From Candidatus Latescibacterota bacterium (GTDB taxonomy: Bacteria > Latescibacterota > UBA2968 > UBA8231), in the NCBI GenBank assembly GCA_965205655.1, contig CBDBIJ010000110.1, positions 32,001 through 96,000 on the forward strand: a DNA stretch of 64,000 nt. Reading direction: 5' to 3'. Of this stretch, positions 1 to 8,691 are shown piece by piece (position 1 is the first letter of the stretch; every line of letters begins with the position of its first letter). The position numbers were made by a program, and so were the translations under genes. The notes below the pieces were generated by a model. That model searched no databases. It saw only the letters and a list, made by a program, of their open reading frames with translations, and was not told the DNA's origin.

Positions 1-1789
1 CGAATTGGAAGCGGCTAGCCGTCGCCGCGAGTTCGAGAGTGGCCCGATGATTCGGCCTCCAGCTCGCCTCGAACTCGGTCCCCGAATTGCCGGCACGACC
101 GGCGTTTCGAAAAAAGATCTCATCGCTGTCTCGAACCTGAAACGGTATCAACATGCGCTCGACTTCCAGATCGAACAGAGAAAGGCTGTACTTCAGGTGG
201 TGGTGATACCAGACTCCGCGTATCCCAATTTCCCTGTTGTGAATGACCTCGGGCTCGAGATCGGGATTGAATCCTCCCTCGCCTGACGGCCTGTTGCCAA
301 GCTCGACCGTGGTCGGGGTCTGAAAAGCACTGGCGACATTGCCAAAGAAAGTCAGGTCGCAGCGCGCGATGCTCTGCTCGGGGTTGATTGTCAACCCGGC
401 CATCGGACTGAAGCGGGCCATGGTGCGGTGACCGGAATAATCGATGCCATCTTCGCCAAAGCCGTCTTCGACCTCGAAGCGGTAGCGATCGTAGCGACCG
501 CCGAGAGTGAGGCTTGCTGCGTCGAGGAATGACAACTGCAGCTCGGCAAATGGGCCAATGCCGAGTACCCGTTCGTCCTGATTCAGCTGCCGGTCTCCGT
601 AGCGCACGTTGTCGAGCCGCTCTGACGCAGCAACGTCGATCAATCCGTCTTCGAGTCCGAGATTGGCGAACTCCTGACGCGTGTCCGACTGTGTCTCGAC
701 GTCGATTCCGGCGGTCCAGAAAAGCGGTGCGCGGCGCACTTCCTCTCGTCGGCTGTACGCAGATCGCAATCCTGCTGCGGTGCGCTCGAGATCGATGATG
801 CGGCCGGGAATCGGGTTGGCGAGCGACCTCTTTAGACCGTACACGGTCACCTTCAGGTGCGACGAATCGGCGCCGGCGCGATGGAGGGTCAGTCCCGCCT
901 GACCCTGGCGAACCTTTTTGAGCGCGCCTTGCTGCCTGACGAAAAAGCGGGCAGTTCGTGGCTCGGCATCTGCATCCCCCCTGGACAACGAGCTCGGGTT
1001 GAGAAGGTACGGGGCATCGTAGAGGTTGAGGATGGAAGTGAGCCAGAGTCGCTCGCTCAGGCGATGTCGACCGACTGCATTAAAGCCCATCGAGCGGGCC
1101 GCCGCGTGATCGCGATACCCATCACTGTCGAGAGAGTTGGCGCTGGCGAAGAGCATGTGGGCGCCAGTCACGTGGCTCGCGGCAACCTGAAGTCTGCGTA
1201 GCCCGTACGATCCGAAGACGACGCGCGGCTCGAAACTGGATCGAGTGTCGAGAGACCTATGCGGCGAGCGGGTGTGGATGTGAACGACGCCACCGCCGGC
1301 GTTTCCGTAGAGTGATGAGCTGGCACCGCGGATGACCTCGATGCGACCGGCCGAGGTCAGATCGAGGTTGCTCAGCTGCGACTGGCCATCTGGCATGGTC
1401 AGAGGGATGCCGTCCACGATTATCCGAACGCCGCGCACGCCGAAGCTGGCGCGGCTGCCGATGCCGCGAATGGAAAGGCGGTCCCCTTGCGACAGGTTGT
1501 GTCGATTGCCCACAACAAGCCCTGGAACCTGCTCCAGAACCTCGTCGAGAGAGATACCGGGTTCAGGCTGAAATTGCTTCAGGTCGATTGAGGAAACGGC
1601 GTACGGAGTCGACTGCTGTGGTCGCGGCACGCGCGTGGTGGTGATGGTGACGGGCGCGAGACGATACGGCTGCTTGTCGCTTCCGTGCAGAGAGTCGGGG
1701 CTGGCGACGGACTCAGGGTCTGATGCCCCGGCCAATCTCGGGATCACGCAGCATGCCGCGAGGTAGACAAAGCTGGGCCGCACGCGCAT
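1..1789 (-). CDS. TonB-dependent outer-membrane receptor (YncD-like), 3' end runs off the window
   Basis: Manual translation from ATG 1789: signal peptide, then plug motifs EVLEQVPGLVVGNRHNLSQGDRLSIRGIGSRASFGVRGVRIIVDGIPLTMPDGQSQ and RIEVIRGASSSLYGNAGGGVV. Barrel strands (LTLGGRYDRYRFEV, FQTPTTVEL) are in the same frame. Absent from the ORF track, consistent with no stop inside the window. Confidence 0.9.
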   Translation of the reverse strand, partial: MRVRPSFVYLAACCVIPRLAGASDPESVASPDSLHGSDKQPYRLAPVTITTTRVPRPQQSTPYAVSSIDLKQFQPEPGISLDEVLEQVPGLVVGNRHNLSQGDRLSIRGIGSRASFGVRGVRIIVDGIPLTMPDGQSQLSNLDLTSAGRIEVIRGASSSLYGNAGGGVVHIHTRSPHRSLDTRSSFEPRVVFGSYGLRRLQVAASHVTGAHMLFASANSLDSDGYRDHAAARSMGFNAVGRHRLSERLWLTSILNLYDAPYLLNPSSLSRGDADAEPRTARFFVRQQGALKKVRQGQAGLTLHRAGADSSHLKVTVYGLKRSLANPIPGRIIDLERTAAGLRSAYSRREEVRRAPLFWTAGIDVETQSDTRQEFANLGLEDGLIDVAASERLDNVRYGDRQLNQDERVLGIGPFAELQLSFLDAASLTLGGRYDRYRFEVEDGFGEDGIDYSGHRTMARFSPMAGLTINPEQSIARCDLTFFGNVASAFQTPTTVELGNRPSGEGGFNPDLEPEVIHNREIGIRGVWYHHHLKYSLSLFDLEVERMLIPFQVRDSDEIFFRNAGRAGNSGTEFEASWRPNHRATLELAATASRFQF

Positions 1790-2655
1790 CAAGAGCGGCG
1801 AAAAGCTGCCGGTAGCGGCTCCCGCTTTAGTAGCCAGGCCGGCGGAATCCTGTCTGATGACAACGCCACGATGCCTCCGACGATCGCACAGGTTGTATCG
1901 CAGTCTCCGCCACCAAGCGCCGTCGTCCACAGAGCTTCTTCGTAGTTGTCCAGGTTGTGTGCCGCACACCAGAGACAAAACGGTACGGTGTCCTGGGCGG
2001 ACACACGTTGACCGCTGCCGAGGTTTCGAGCCGCGCTCGCCGTCTCCCCGGCCGGCAACCGAATCGCCTGTCGGATTCCGTCGTGAGTGCAGCTGTCTGG
2101 CACGAAGTGGAGACAGGCCTCTATGAAGTCAGTCCCTCGCGGGCATTCGGTCGCCGCTATGGCCGCCGCCGCTGCGACCGCCGCGGCACCAGCCTGGCCC
2201 TCTGGGTGGGCGTGCGTAATCGTCGCGGCATCTCGGGCCTGTTCAGCGGCCAGCTTCGGCTCACCGGCGAAGAAGGCGCCGATGGGTGCGGCTCGCATGG
2301 CCCCGCCGTTTCCGTACGAGCCACCGTCGAACAGAGCCGGTGCAGCCACCCGCCAGTCCTCGCCTTCGCCAAGCCGGGTCAGCAGCGACGCCGCTCCTCC
2401 GGCGTAGCCGCGGTGTGGGTCCTGCGCATAGCGACGGGCAAAGGCGGCAGCGAGGTCGTCCTGATCGATGTTGCCGTGCTCGACCAACACCTCCACGATC
2501 GAAAGTGCCATGTGGGTGTCATCGGTCCAGGGCCACGGACCCGGAGGCAGTTGCTCGGAACCGGCGGGAGGCTGCCAGAAGAACAGCTCGCCAAAAGCGT
2601 CGCCGACAGACAGCCCTTCGAGGCTCAGGAGCGCCGCCTCCGCACGGGCAGCCAC
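1789..2655 (-). CDS. ADP-ribosylglycohydrolase family protein
   Basis: Motifs GLSVGDAFG, WTDDTHMA, GSYGNGGAMRAAP, THAHPEG, GGDCDTTCAIVGG; RBS GAGGAG before GTG; TGATG overlap with the TonB receptor start. Confidence 0.9.
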   Translation of the reverse strand: MAARAEAALLSLEGLSVGDAFGELFFWQPPAGSEQLPPGPWPWTDDTHMALSIVEVLVEHGNIDQDDLAAAFARRYAQDPHRGYAGGAASLLTRLGEGEDWRVAAPALFDGGSYGNGGAMRAAPIGAFFAGEPKLAAEQARDAATITHAHPEGQAGAAAVAAAAAIAATECPRGTDFIEACLHFVPDSCTHDGIRQAIRLPAGETASAARNLGSGQRVSAQDTVPFCLWCAAHNLDNYEEALWTTALGGGDCDTTCAIVGGIVALSSDRIPPAWLLKREPLPAAFRRS

Positions 2656-2815
2656 CGTCCTCCTCTTCCACGTCGCCGTCGTAGTCTGAATGAGAATGTC
2701 CCGGTTTGAGAGTGGGAGTCCTCGATGTTTCGCATTGGCGACCCACCGTGCGATTACCCGAATGGAAACACCTCAGGCGCTATATTATCGGGTACCCGAA
2801 ACGCGAGCAAGGCCG

Positions 2816-3316
2816 ATGCAACTGGGCTACAGAAAATACCTCTCGCTCGCCCCGCTCATCCCGGGACTGCTGCTGTGGTCCTGTGGAAGGCCGGGCGATT
2901 CTCTCGGGTCGGAACCGGTAGAGCTGAAGGTGGAGTTCGAGATACTGTCAGCCCCTCAGTCGCCGGCCGAATCCGTCCTCGTCGACAGCGTTCGGTGGCA
3001 GCCCTTGAGCTTCCGTCATCTCATCGAGTCGGACGAGCTGGAAATCGACGGATCGTACAAGATTTGGTTCCGCAGCGTGAGCGACCGGTCTCTGTCGCTG
3101 CGATACGATCTGCGTTTCTTCGACCGGGATGGCTTCTTCGTCGATCTGTTCCACCCATTCGGCCTTCCTCTCAGGTTCGGGCCGATGGAGAGCGTGGTCG
3201 ATGAGGGGGCGTTCACCATCAGGTCCGCCGAATTGCGCCACATCGACGAGGTGACGACGATGCGGATCTCGGCGAGGATTGCCGCGGAAGACAGCCTGGA
3301 AGCGCCGAGCGATTGA
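2816..3316 (+). CDS. Putative lipoprotein (possibly YcfL/DUF1425-like)
   Basis: Lipobox-like LLWSC after a hydrophobic N-terminus from ATG 2816; YDLRFFDRDG segment; ORF track gives a longer start at 2690. Confidence 0.55.
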   Translation: MQLGYRKYLSLAPLIPGLLLWSCGRPGDSLGSEPVELKVEFEILSAPQSPAESVLVDSVRWQPLSFRHLIESDELEIDGSYKIWFRSVSDRSLSLRYDLRFFDRDGFFVDLFHPFGLPLRFGPMESVVDEGAFTIRSAELRHIDEVTTMRISARIAAEDSLEAPSD

Positions 3317-3343
3317 GTGACCTAATGAAACAGGCACCTGCGG
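3313..3343 (+). repeat. 31-bp direct repeat, copy 1 (copy 2 at 5074-5104)
   Basis: TTGAGTGACCTAAtgAAACAGGCACCTGCGG vs TTGAGTGACCTAAcaAAACAGGCACCTGCGG, 29/31 identical. Confidence 0.85.
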
Positions 3344-3524
3344 GAAGCCGTGAAGCTCAACAACCGTCCCTCAGACGAAAAAGATGCAAATAATGCACCA
3401 AAGTTAAAATTGCGTGCGAATGCAATTTTCGGCCGCCCTCAGGACTCCAGCTGAGCCATCACCCCCTGTCCTATCCCGAATCCCCTTCTGTCTCGAACGA
3501 CGGCGCACGTACGCCCGTGACATC

Positions 3525-3570
3525 AATTGGCAAATTATTTTGCCAATTTGCCAATTTTATTTGCCAAAAT
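3525..3570. promoter_or_regulatory. Operator-like palindrome plus extra half-sites
   Basis: AATTGGCAAA-ttat-TTTGCCAATT perfect 10-bp inverted repeat, followed by two more TTTGCCAA copies. Confidence 0.45.
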
Positions 3571-3747
3571 GCTACGTTCCGATTGTGAATGGGCGCTTTT
3601 CGTGGAGGTTCCCGATCGTGTGCGCTATTGGGGCCTTATACCTTCTTTTTCTCTCGCGGGGTAGGGCCGGCAATCTGGGCAACATTGTCGAGACAGAGCT
3701 GGTGCTCCAGCGCCCCAGGGTTTTCTTGGACACATTAGAGGGTCCAC

Positions 3748-4101
3748 ATGGACCTGAAAGGAGTGTTCGAGATGACTAAGCAGAAGAAGGGTGTTCGGGT
3801 CGGCCGATTCTCCGCTCGTCGAAAGCAGGAGGCGGTGTTGCGCCTGCTGCGTGGGGAGGACCTGGAGGTCCTGTCCCGGGAGTTGGGTGTGATGGCAGCC
3901 ACGCTGAGTGAGTGGCGCGAGCAGTTCCTGGGTGGGGGTGAGTCAGCTCTGCACAGCCGTACCCGTGATGAGCGGGATGAACAGATCGCCCGCCTGAAAG
4001 CGAAGGTGGGGGATCTGACGATGGACAACGAGTTGCTGGAGTCCAAGATCCATCGCCTGGAGGATGGACTCCCTTTGGCATCCCGGAGGTCGAAGCGATG
4101 A
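3748..4101 (+). CDS. IS3-family transposase OrfA (HTH + coiled coil)
   Basis: RFSARRKQEAVLRLLRGEDLEVLSRELGV...W HTH; LKAKVGDLTMDNELL zipper. Confidence 0.88.
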   Translation: MDLKGVFEMTKQKKGVRVGRFSARRKQEAVLRLLRGEDLEVLSRELGVMAATLSEWREQFLGGGESALHSRTRDERDEQIARLKAKVGDLTMDNELLESKIHRLEDGLPLASRRSKR

Positions 4102-5006
4102 GCCAGACCCAGTCGCCCTCCAGGAAGCGGCCGTACAGGCTGCAGCGTGTGTGTCGGGTCTGGCAGTTTCCTCGCTCCACCGTCCACGAGCATCGGCGTC
4201 GGGCGGCTCTGCGTCCGGAGGAGCGTCTTGAGCGGAAGAAACGAGGTCCCCAAGGGCCGTGTACCGACGATGAGCTAGCTGAGAAGATTCGCGAGTTGCT
4301 GAAGGCGTCCCCCTTTCACGGGGAAGGCTACCGCAAGATGTGGGCCCAGCTGCGGGCGCAGGACATCCGCACCTCGAAGGAACGCGTACGCCGTGTGATG
4401 CGCGAGCACGGCCTGCAGGTGCCGCAACGCGCCGGCCAGCCAAGGGGCCCGCAAGCACACGACGGGACGATCACCACCGAGCGACCAGACCAGATGTGGG
4501 GAACCGACTTGACCACCACCGTGACCACCGGCGAAGGCACAGCTACGGTCTTCGTGGCTGTCGACCACTGCAGCTCGGAGTGCATCGGCATTCATGCAGC
4601 GGCCACAGGCGACCGTTTCGAGGCCCTGGAGCCGATCCACCAGGGAGTCCGCGAACACTTCGGCGGCGGCGACAAGGGTATCGCCGGGGGGCTGCAGCTG
4701 CGCCACGATCATGGCTCTGCGTACATGTCCGACCACTTCCAGAAACAGATCGACTTCCTGGGCATCGAGTCGTCGCCCAGCTTCGTGCGTGCCCCGGAGG
4801 GCAATGGCTGCTCCGAGCGATTCATCCGCACCCTCAAGGAGAATCTCCTGTGGGTCCGATACTTTGCCACGGTCGAAGAGCTCCGTCTTGCCCTGCTCGA
4901 ATTCAAGAGAGTCTACAACGAGAAGTGGCTCCTCGAGCGACACAACTATCAGACGCCAAACCAGGTGCGCCGGAGCTTCCAGCAGGAGTTGTCCAAGGCG
5001 GCCTGA
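4098..5006 (+). CDS. IS3-family transposase OrfB (DDE integrase core)
   Basis: GYRKMWAQLR, WGTDLT, HDHGSAY, PEGNGCSERFIRTLKE; ATGA overlap with OrfA. Confidence 0.92.
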   Translation: MSQTQSPSRKRPYRLQRVCRVWQFPRSTVHEHRRRAALRPEERLERKKRGPQGPCTDDELAEKIRELLKASPFHGEGYRKMWAQLRAQDIRTSKERVRRVMREHGLQVPQRAGQPRGPQAHDGTITTERPDQMWGTDLTTTVTTGEGTATVFVAVDHCSSECIGIHAAATGDRFEALEPIHQGVREHFGGGDKGIAGGLQLRHDHGSAYMSDHFQKQIDFLGIESSPSFVRAPEGNGCSERFIRTLKENLLWVRYFATVEELRLALLEFKRVYNEKWLLERHNYQTPNQVRRSFQQELSKAA

Positions 5007-5073
5007 CCATCCGTCAAATCAGTGTCCAGAAACCCAGGGCTTTACAGTGCCGTTGGAAAGATAGTGCCGGGAT

Positions 5074-5104
5074 TTGAGTGACCTAACAAAACAGGCACCT
5101 GCGG
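5074..5104 (+). repeat. 31-bp direct repeat, copy 2
   Basis: See 3313-3343. Confidence 0.85.
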
Positions 5105-5131
5105 AATCCATGGAAAAGCTCCGCAGGTGCC
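5086..5131 (-). terminator. Intrinsic terminator after the tRNA-Arg pair
   Basis: GGCACCTGCGGA...TCCGCAGGTGCC 12-bp stem followed by UGUUUUG on the minus strand. Confidence 0.6.
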
Positions 5132-5153
5132 CGTCACTTGTACTGCTTAAAAC

Positions 5154-5230
5154 TGGCGCACCCAGTAGGACTCGAACCCACAACCCCCTGATCCGAAGTC
5201 AGGCGCTCTATCCAATTGAGCTATGGGTGC
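5154..5230 (-). tRNA. tRNA-Arg(TCG)
   Basis: GCACCCATAGCTCAATTGGATAGAGCGCCTGAC-TTCGGA-TCAGG...GGTTCGAGTCC...GCCA cloverleaf, anticodon TCG. Confidence 0.96.
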
Positions 5231-5248
5231 CTTCGGCGTGTATGTGTT

Positions 5249-5325
5249 TGGCGCACCCAGAGGGACTCGAACCCCCAACCTTCTGATCCGTAGTCAGGCG
5301 CTCTATCCAATTGAGCTATGGGTGC
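5249..5325 (-). tRNA. tRNA-Arg(ACG)
   Basis: Near-identical cloverleaf with loop CTACGGA, anticodon ACG, CCA end. Confidence 0.96.
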
Positions 5326-5375
5326 GTGGAGACCTCAGATCTGTTCCGGCGCGGAAGAAAAATAAGCCGAAGTCC

Positions 5376-6587
5376 TCAATTCTGCCAGGGTCGTTGCGAC
5401 AGCTGTGGTGGAGCGCCGAGCGCCTCCAGGTACTTGTAACCGCTACCCGTATTGAAGAGCACGATCCTGTCTCCTTCGTCGATGAGCTTCTTCTCCTGCA
5501 ACCGGCGCACCGCCGCCAGCGTGGCCCCTCCTTCAGGGCAGGCGAAAATGCCGGTGTGACGCGCGAGCTCGTGCGTGGCCGCCACGAGCTCCTCATCGGA
5601 GACGGCGACGGCGCAGCCGCCGCTTTGCCGTAGCGCCGACAGCATGAGGAAGTCGCCCACCGCTGCTGGTACTCTCAGCCCGGAGGCGATGGTGTGAGCA
5701 TTCTCCCACGGGCGTGCAACCTCCGCACCTTCCTCGAAGGCGCGGACGATCGGGGCGCACCCCTCGGCCTGGACAGAGACCATCCGCGGTCGGCGCGAGT
5801 CGATCCAGCCCATGCGTTCCATTTCGTCGAAGGCCTTCCACATGCCCACGAGACCGGTACCGCCTCCGGTGGGGTAGACGACTACGTCCGGCAGCACCCA
5901 GTCGAACTGCTCCGCCAGCTCGTATCCCATCGTCTTCTTGCCTTCGAGTCGGTAGGGTTCCTTCAGTGTGGAGACATCGAACCAACCCTCAGCGGTCTTG
6001 CGTTCGGCCACGATCGCACCGCAATCGCTGATGAGGCCGTCCACCAGCTCTACGTGGGCGCCGCAGCTGCGGCACTCGACCTGAAACGCCGCCGGCGTGT
6101 CGGCTGGCATGAAGACGTGAGCTTCGAGATTGGCGGCGGCGGCATACGCCGCCAGCGCCCCCCCTGCGTTTCCGGCTGTCGGAATCGCCAGTCTTCGGGC
6201 GCCCCGTGCAACTGCCGCGGTGACCGCCGCCGAGAGGCCTCGTGCCTTGAACGAGCCGGTGGGGTTGAGCGATTCGTCTTTGACGTAGAGCGATCGGAGC
6301 CCGAGCTCCCGGCCCAGACTCTCCGCGTGGTGCACGGGGGAGAACCCCTCACCGAGTGAGACTATCTCCGCCAGCGCGCCGGCTTCATTTGATACCGGGA
6401 GCACCTCCCGATAGCGCCACATGTCTTCGCGCCGTCCGCGGAGTTCGCTCTTGCGTAGCGTCCCTTTGATTGCGTCCAGATCGTAGCGGGCGAGGAGCGG
6501 CGCGCCCTCGTCCGAGAGGCTGTGCAGCTCGTCGGCGTCGTAGCGTTTGCCGCTGCGGGAACATTCGAGATGCGTGAGATAACTCAC
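5376..6587 (-). CDS. thrC: Threonine synthase
   Basis: PLP lysine motif NPTGSFKARG, AGNAG, YPTGGGTG, CPEGGA, NTGSGYKY. Confidence 0.9.
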   Translation of the reverse strand: MSYLTHLECSRSGKRYDADELHSLSDEGAPLLARYDLDAIKGTLRKSELRGRREDMWRYREVLPVSNEAGALAEIVSLGEGFSPVHHAESLGRELGLRSLYVKDESLNPTGSFKARGLSAAVTAAVARGARRLAIPTAGNAGGALAAYAAAANLEAHVFMPADTPAAFQVECRSCGAHVELVDGLISDCGAIVAERKTAEGWFDVSTLKEPYRLEGKKTMGYELAEQFDWVLPDVVVYPTGGGTGLVGMWKAFDEMERMGWIDSRRPRMVSVQAEGCAPIVRAFEEGAEVARPWENAHTIASGLRVPAAVGDFLMLSALRQSGGCAVAVSDEELVAATHELARHTGIFACPEGGATLAAVRRLQEKKLIDEGDRIVLFNTGSGYKYLEALGAPPQLSQRPWQN

Positions 6588-7168
6588 TGTCTGTAGAGCC
6601 CTTTCGAGTGGATGTACTCCTCGACACTGTCGGGCACCAACCAGCGAACCGAGAGCCCGTCGCGCAGTCGACGGCGGATATCCGTCGACGAGACCTCAAC
6701 CACTGGCGTTTCCACGAGCAACATTTGCTCGGCGAGGTCCGGATCGGCGGCGCGATCGCCGGTGACTCGAGAGCCGACGACGACGGTGCACAGCTCCAGG
6801 ATTCCGGCCGGGTCGTGCCACGTTGCCATGTCGGCGACGTTGTCGGCACCGACGATGAGAAACAAATCGGCACTGGGGTTCAGTGCGCGCAGCTGTTTCA
6901 ACGTGTCGACGGTATACGACTTTCCAGGTCGCTCCATTTCGACGCGGCACCCTTCGAAGTGATCGACGCCCTCGATCGCCAGCTCCAGCATCGCCCACCG
7001 ATCATCGGCGCAAACGATATCGACGCGATGGTCTTTGTGCGGCGGGTCCGCCGCCACAACGAAGAGCACCGTGGTCAGAGACAGTCGCTCGTAGACGAAC
7101 TGGGCCAGCAGGAGATGGCCTGTGTGAATGGGATCGAAGGTGCCGCCGATGACGCCGAGGCGTTGCAC
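6584..7168 (-). CDS. nadD: Nicotinate-nucleotide adenylyltransferase
   Basis: GGTFDPIHTGH, SYTVDTL, IVGADN, VSSTDIR. Confidence 0.95.
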   Translation of the reverse strand: MQRLGVIGGTFDPIHTGHLLLAQFVYERLSLTTVLFVVAADPPHKDHRVDIVCADDRWAMLELAIEGVDHFEGCRVEMERPGKSYTVDTLKQLRALNPSADLFLIVGADNVADMATWHDPAGILELCTVVVGSRVTGDRAADPDLAEQMLLVETPVVEVSSTDIRRRLRDGLSVRWLVPDSVEEYIHSKGLYRQ

Positions 7169-7171
7169 CGG

Positions 7172-7942
7172 TCATTCTCCTGGGGGTTGATCGAGATCGG
7201 AACGCCATATCAGGACGTCTCGCCTGAGCTCCTCATCCTCGCATTCGTCGATTACCTGGTCCCAGTAGAAGCGCGCTTTGTCGATGTTGCTGTCCCTTCG
7301 CTCGACGTCACCGAGTTGCGCCATGCCCCGATAATAGATCCACGACACGTCGGGATACTCTCTGAGCAACAGCTCGTAGGTGATCCGCGCCGCCTCCAGG
7401 AACCCCTGCCTGCGGTAGAGGTGAGCCGACTTGAACTGCTTTTCGGCGAGCCGCTCGCGACAGGCGGCGATCCGCTCGCGGGCGTCCCCGACGAGTGGGC
7501 TGCCGGGGTTGTCGTCGATGAATCGGTAGAAGTGCCGGAGCGCTTCGTGAGTCTCCTGTTGGTCGAGTTCGGGGCGGCGCATCTGAATGAAGTACGACTC
7601 GGCAGTCTGGAATTGGGCCTTTGCCGACCAGCGACAAGTGGGGTAGGCGTCCACGAGTCGCTCGTATTCGAATACGGCGTTCACGTAGTCTTCCATCTGG
7701 AAGTAGGCCTTGGCTAGAAAAAACTGGGCGTCGCAAATCAGGACCGACCCCGGAAAGTTGCTGACGACTCGCTGGAAGTGTTCCACCGCCTCGAAGTATC
7801 TCTTGCGCTCGAGCGCCCGCTGCCCCTCATCGAAGGAATATTGAGCGCCCCTGAGATTCCGAGCTTGATTCTGGCCGCCACACGACGCCAGCAGCGCCAT
7901 CAGCCACAGCAGACTCACATATTTTTGGTAGGACCTTGGCAT
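7172..7942 (-). CDS. bamD: Outer-membrane protein assembly lipoprotein BamD
   Basis: Lipobox LLASC, TPRs, ELDQQET...FIDDNPGS...LAEKQF pattern; bamD-nadD adjacency. Confidence 0.85.
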   Translation of the reverse strand: MPRSYQKYVSLLWLMALLASCGGQNQARNLRGAQYSFDEGQRALERKRYFEAVEHFQRVVSNFPGSVLICDAQFFLAKAYFQMEDYVNAVFEYERLVDAYPTCRWSAKAQFQTAESYFIQMRRPELDQQETHEALRHFYRFIDDNPGSPLVGDARERIAACRERLAEKQFKSAHLYRRQGFLEAARITYELLLREYPDVSWIYYRGMAQLGDVERRDSNIDKARFYWDQVIDECEDEELRRDVLIWRSDLDQPPGE

Positions 7943-7973
7943 TCCCGCTCACCGAACGACTGTCGTCGTCCTT

Positions 7974-8639
7974 CTATCGTTTTGAGAAAAAAAGGTAGAC
8001 CAGCGTTCCAAGGAGGGTTGATACGATCGCCGGCTCGACGAACTTGCCCCAGCTCTGCTCCTCCATCTCTGTGTTGGCGAATTCGTAGCGCGAATTCTGG
8101 AGCACTTCGAGTCTCTTTTTCGGAATTCGGTCACCCACGCGCTCGCTGGCCTCGTGCTGCCACAGCACCTCCCCATCGACGAAACGGCTCACTTGCAAGT
8201 TGACGGAGATGCGACACTCGCGCTTGATGTGATCTCCCATCAGTCCGGACCAGCCCAGAATACCGAGGTCGATAATCCGGTAGGACAGGCGAGCATCAAC
8301 GCCTTCCGTCGACGATGAATCGATAGTGACCTCGAAGCCGCGGCCGAGCATTTCCTCCACCAAAAGGTGCTCGACCAACCAGTTGGCATCGTGCTCCGAC
8401 TTCGGCTCGATCAGTAGCGGGTCATCCGCCGTCAGCCCCACCTTACCGGCTTCGAGATTGCGAACGGCTTCGTCCACCACCGCTTTCGCCGTCTCTACCA
8501 GCAGGTCCATGTTGGTGGCTACTGGCTCGGCGCCTCCCAGACGACACGGGATCGTCGCGGCGAAACACACGAAAAGAATCGCCACGCTCACGCTGGTCCG
8601 GGCTCGGGGGCCGGTCCTCATATCGACGTTGCCGGCCAC
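7974..8639 (-). CDS. Hypothetical exported protein with C-terminal membrane anchor
   Basis: N-terminal hydrophobic segment and C-terminal EPAIVSTLLGTLVYLFFSKR; sits in the operon upstream of bamD. Confidence 0.7.
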   Translation of the reverse strand: MAGNVDMRTGPRARTSVSVAILFVCFAATIPCRLGGAEPVATNMDLLVETAKAVVDEAVRNLEAGKVGLTADDPLLIEPKSEHDANWLVEHLLVEEMLGRGFEVTIDSSSTEGVDARLSYRIIDLGILGWSGLMGDHIKRECRISVNLQVSRFVDGEVLWQHEASERVGDRIPKKRLEVLQNSRYEFANTEMEEQSWGKFVEPAIVSTLLGTLVYLFFSKR

Positions 8640-8691
8640 CGCTGAGGTGACGAAGCTGCAGACAAAGGGAGTCGGGGAAGGATAAGCCAGA

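Larger units (their letters stand above)
3706..5046 (+). mobile_element. IS3-family insertion sequence (~1.34 kb)
   Basis: Imperfect terminal IRs (TCCAGCGCCCCAGGGTTTTCTTGGACA / reverse complement TGTAAAGCCCTGGGTTTCTGGACA); 4-bp target duplication GTGC at 3702-3705 and 5047-5050; orfA/orfB pair. Confidence 0.88.

Noticed and set aside
5..1571. Several short plus-strand ORFs in the ORF track
   Set aside because: All are antisense to the TonB-dependent receptor
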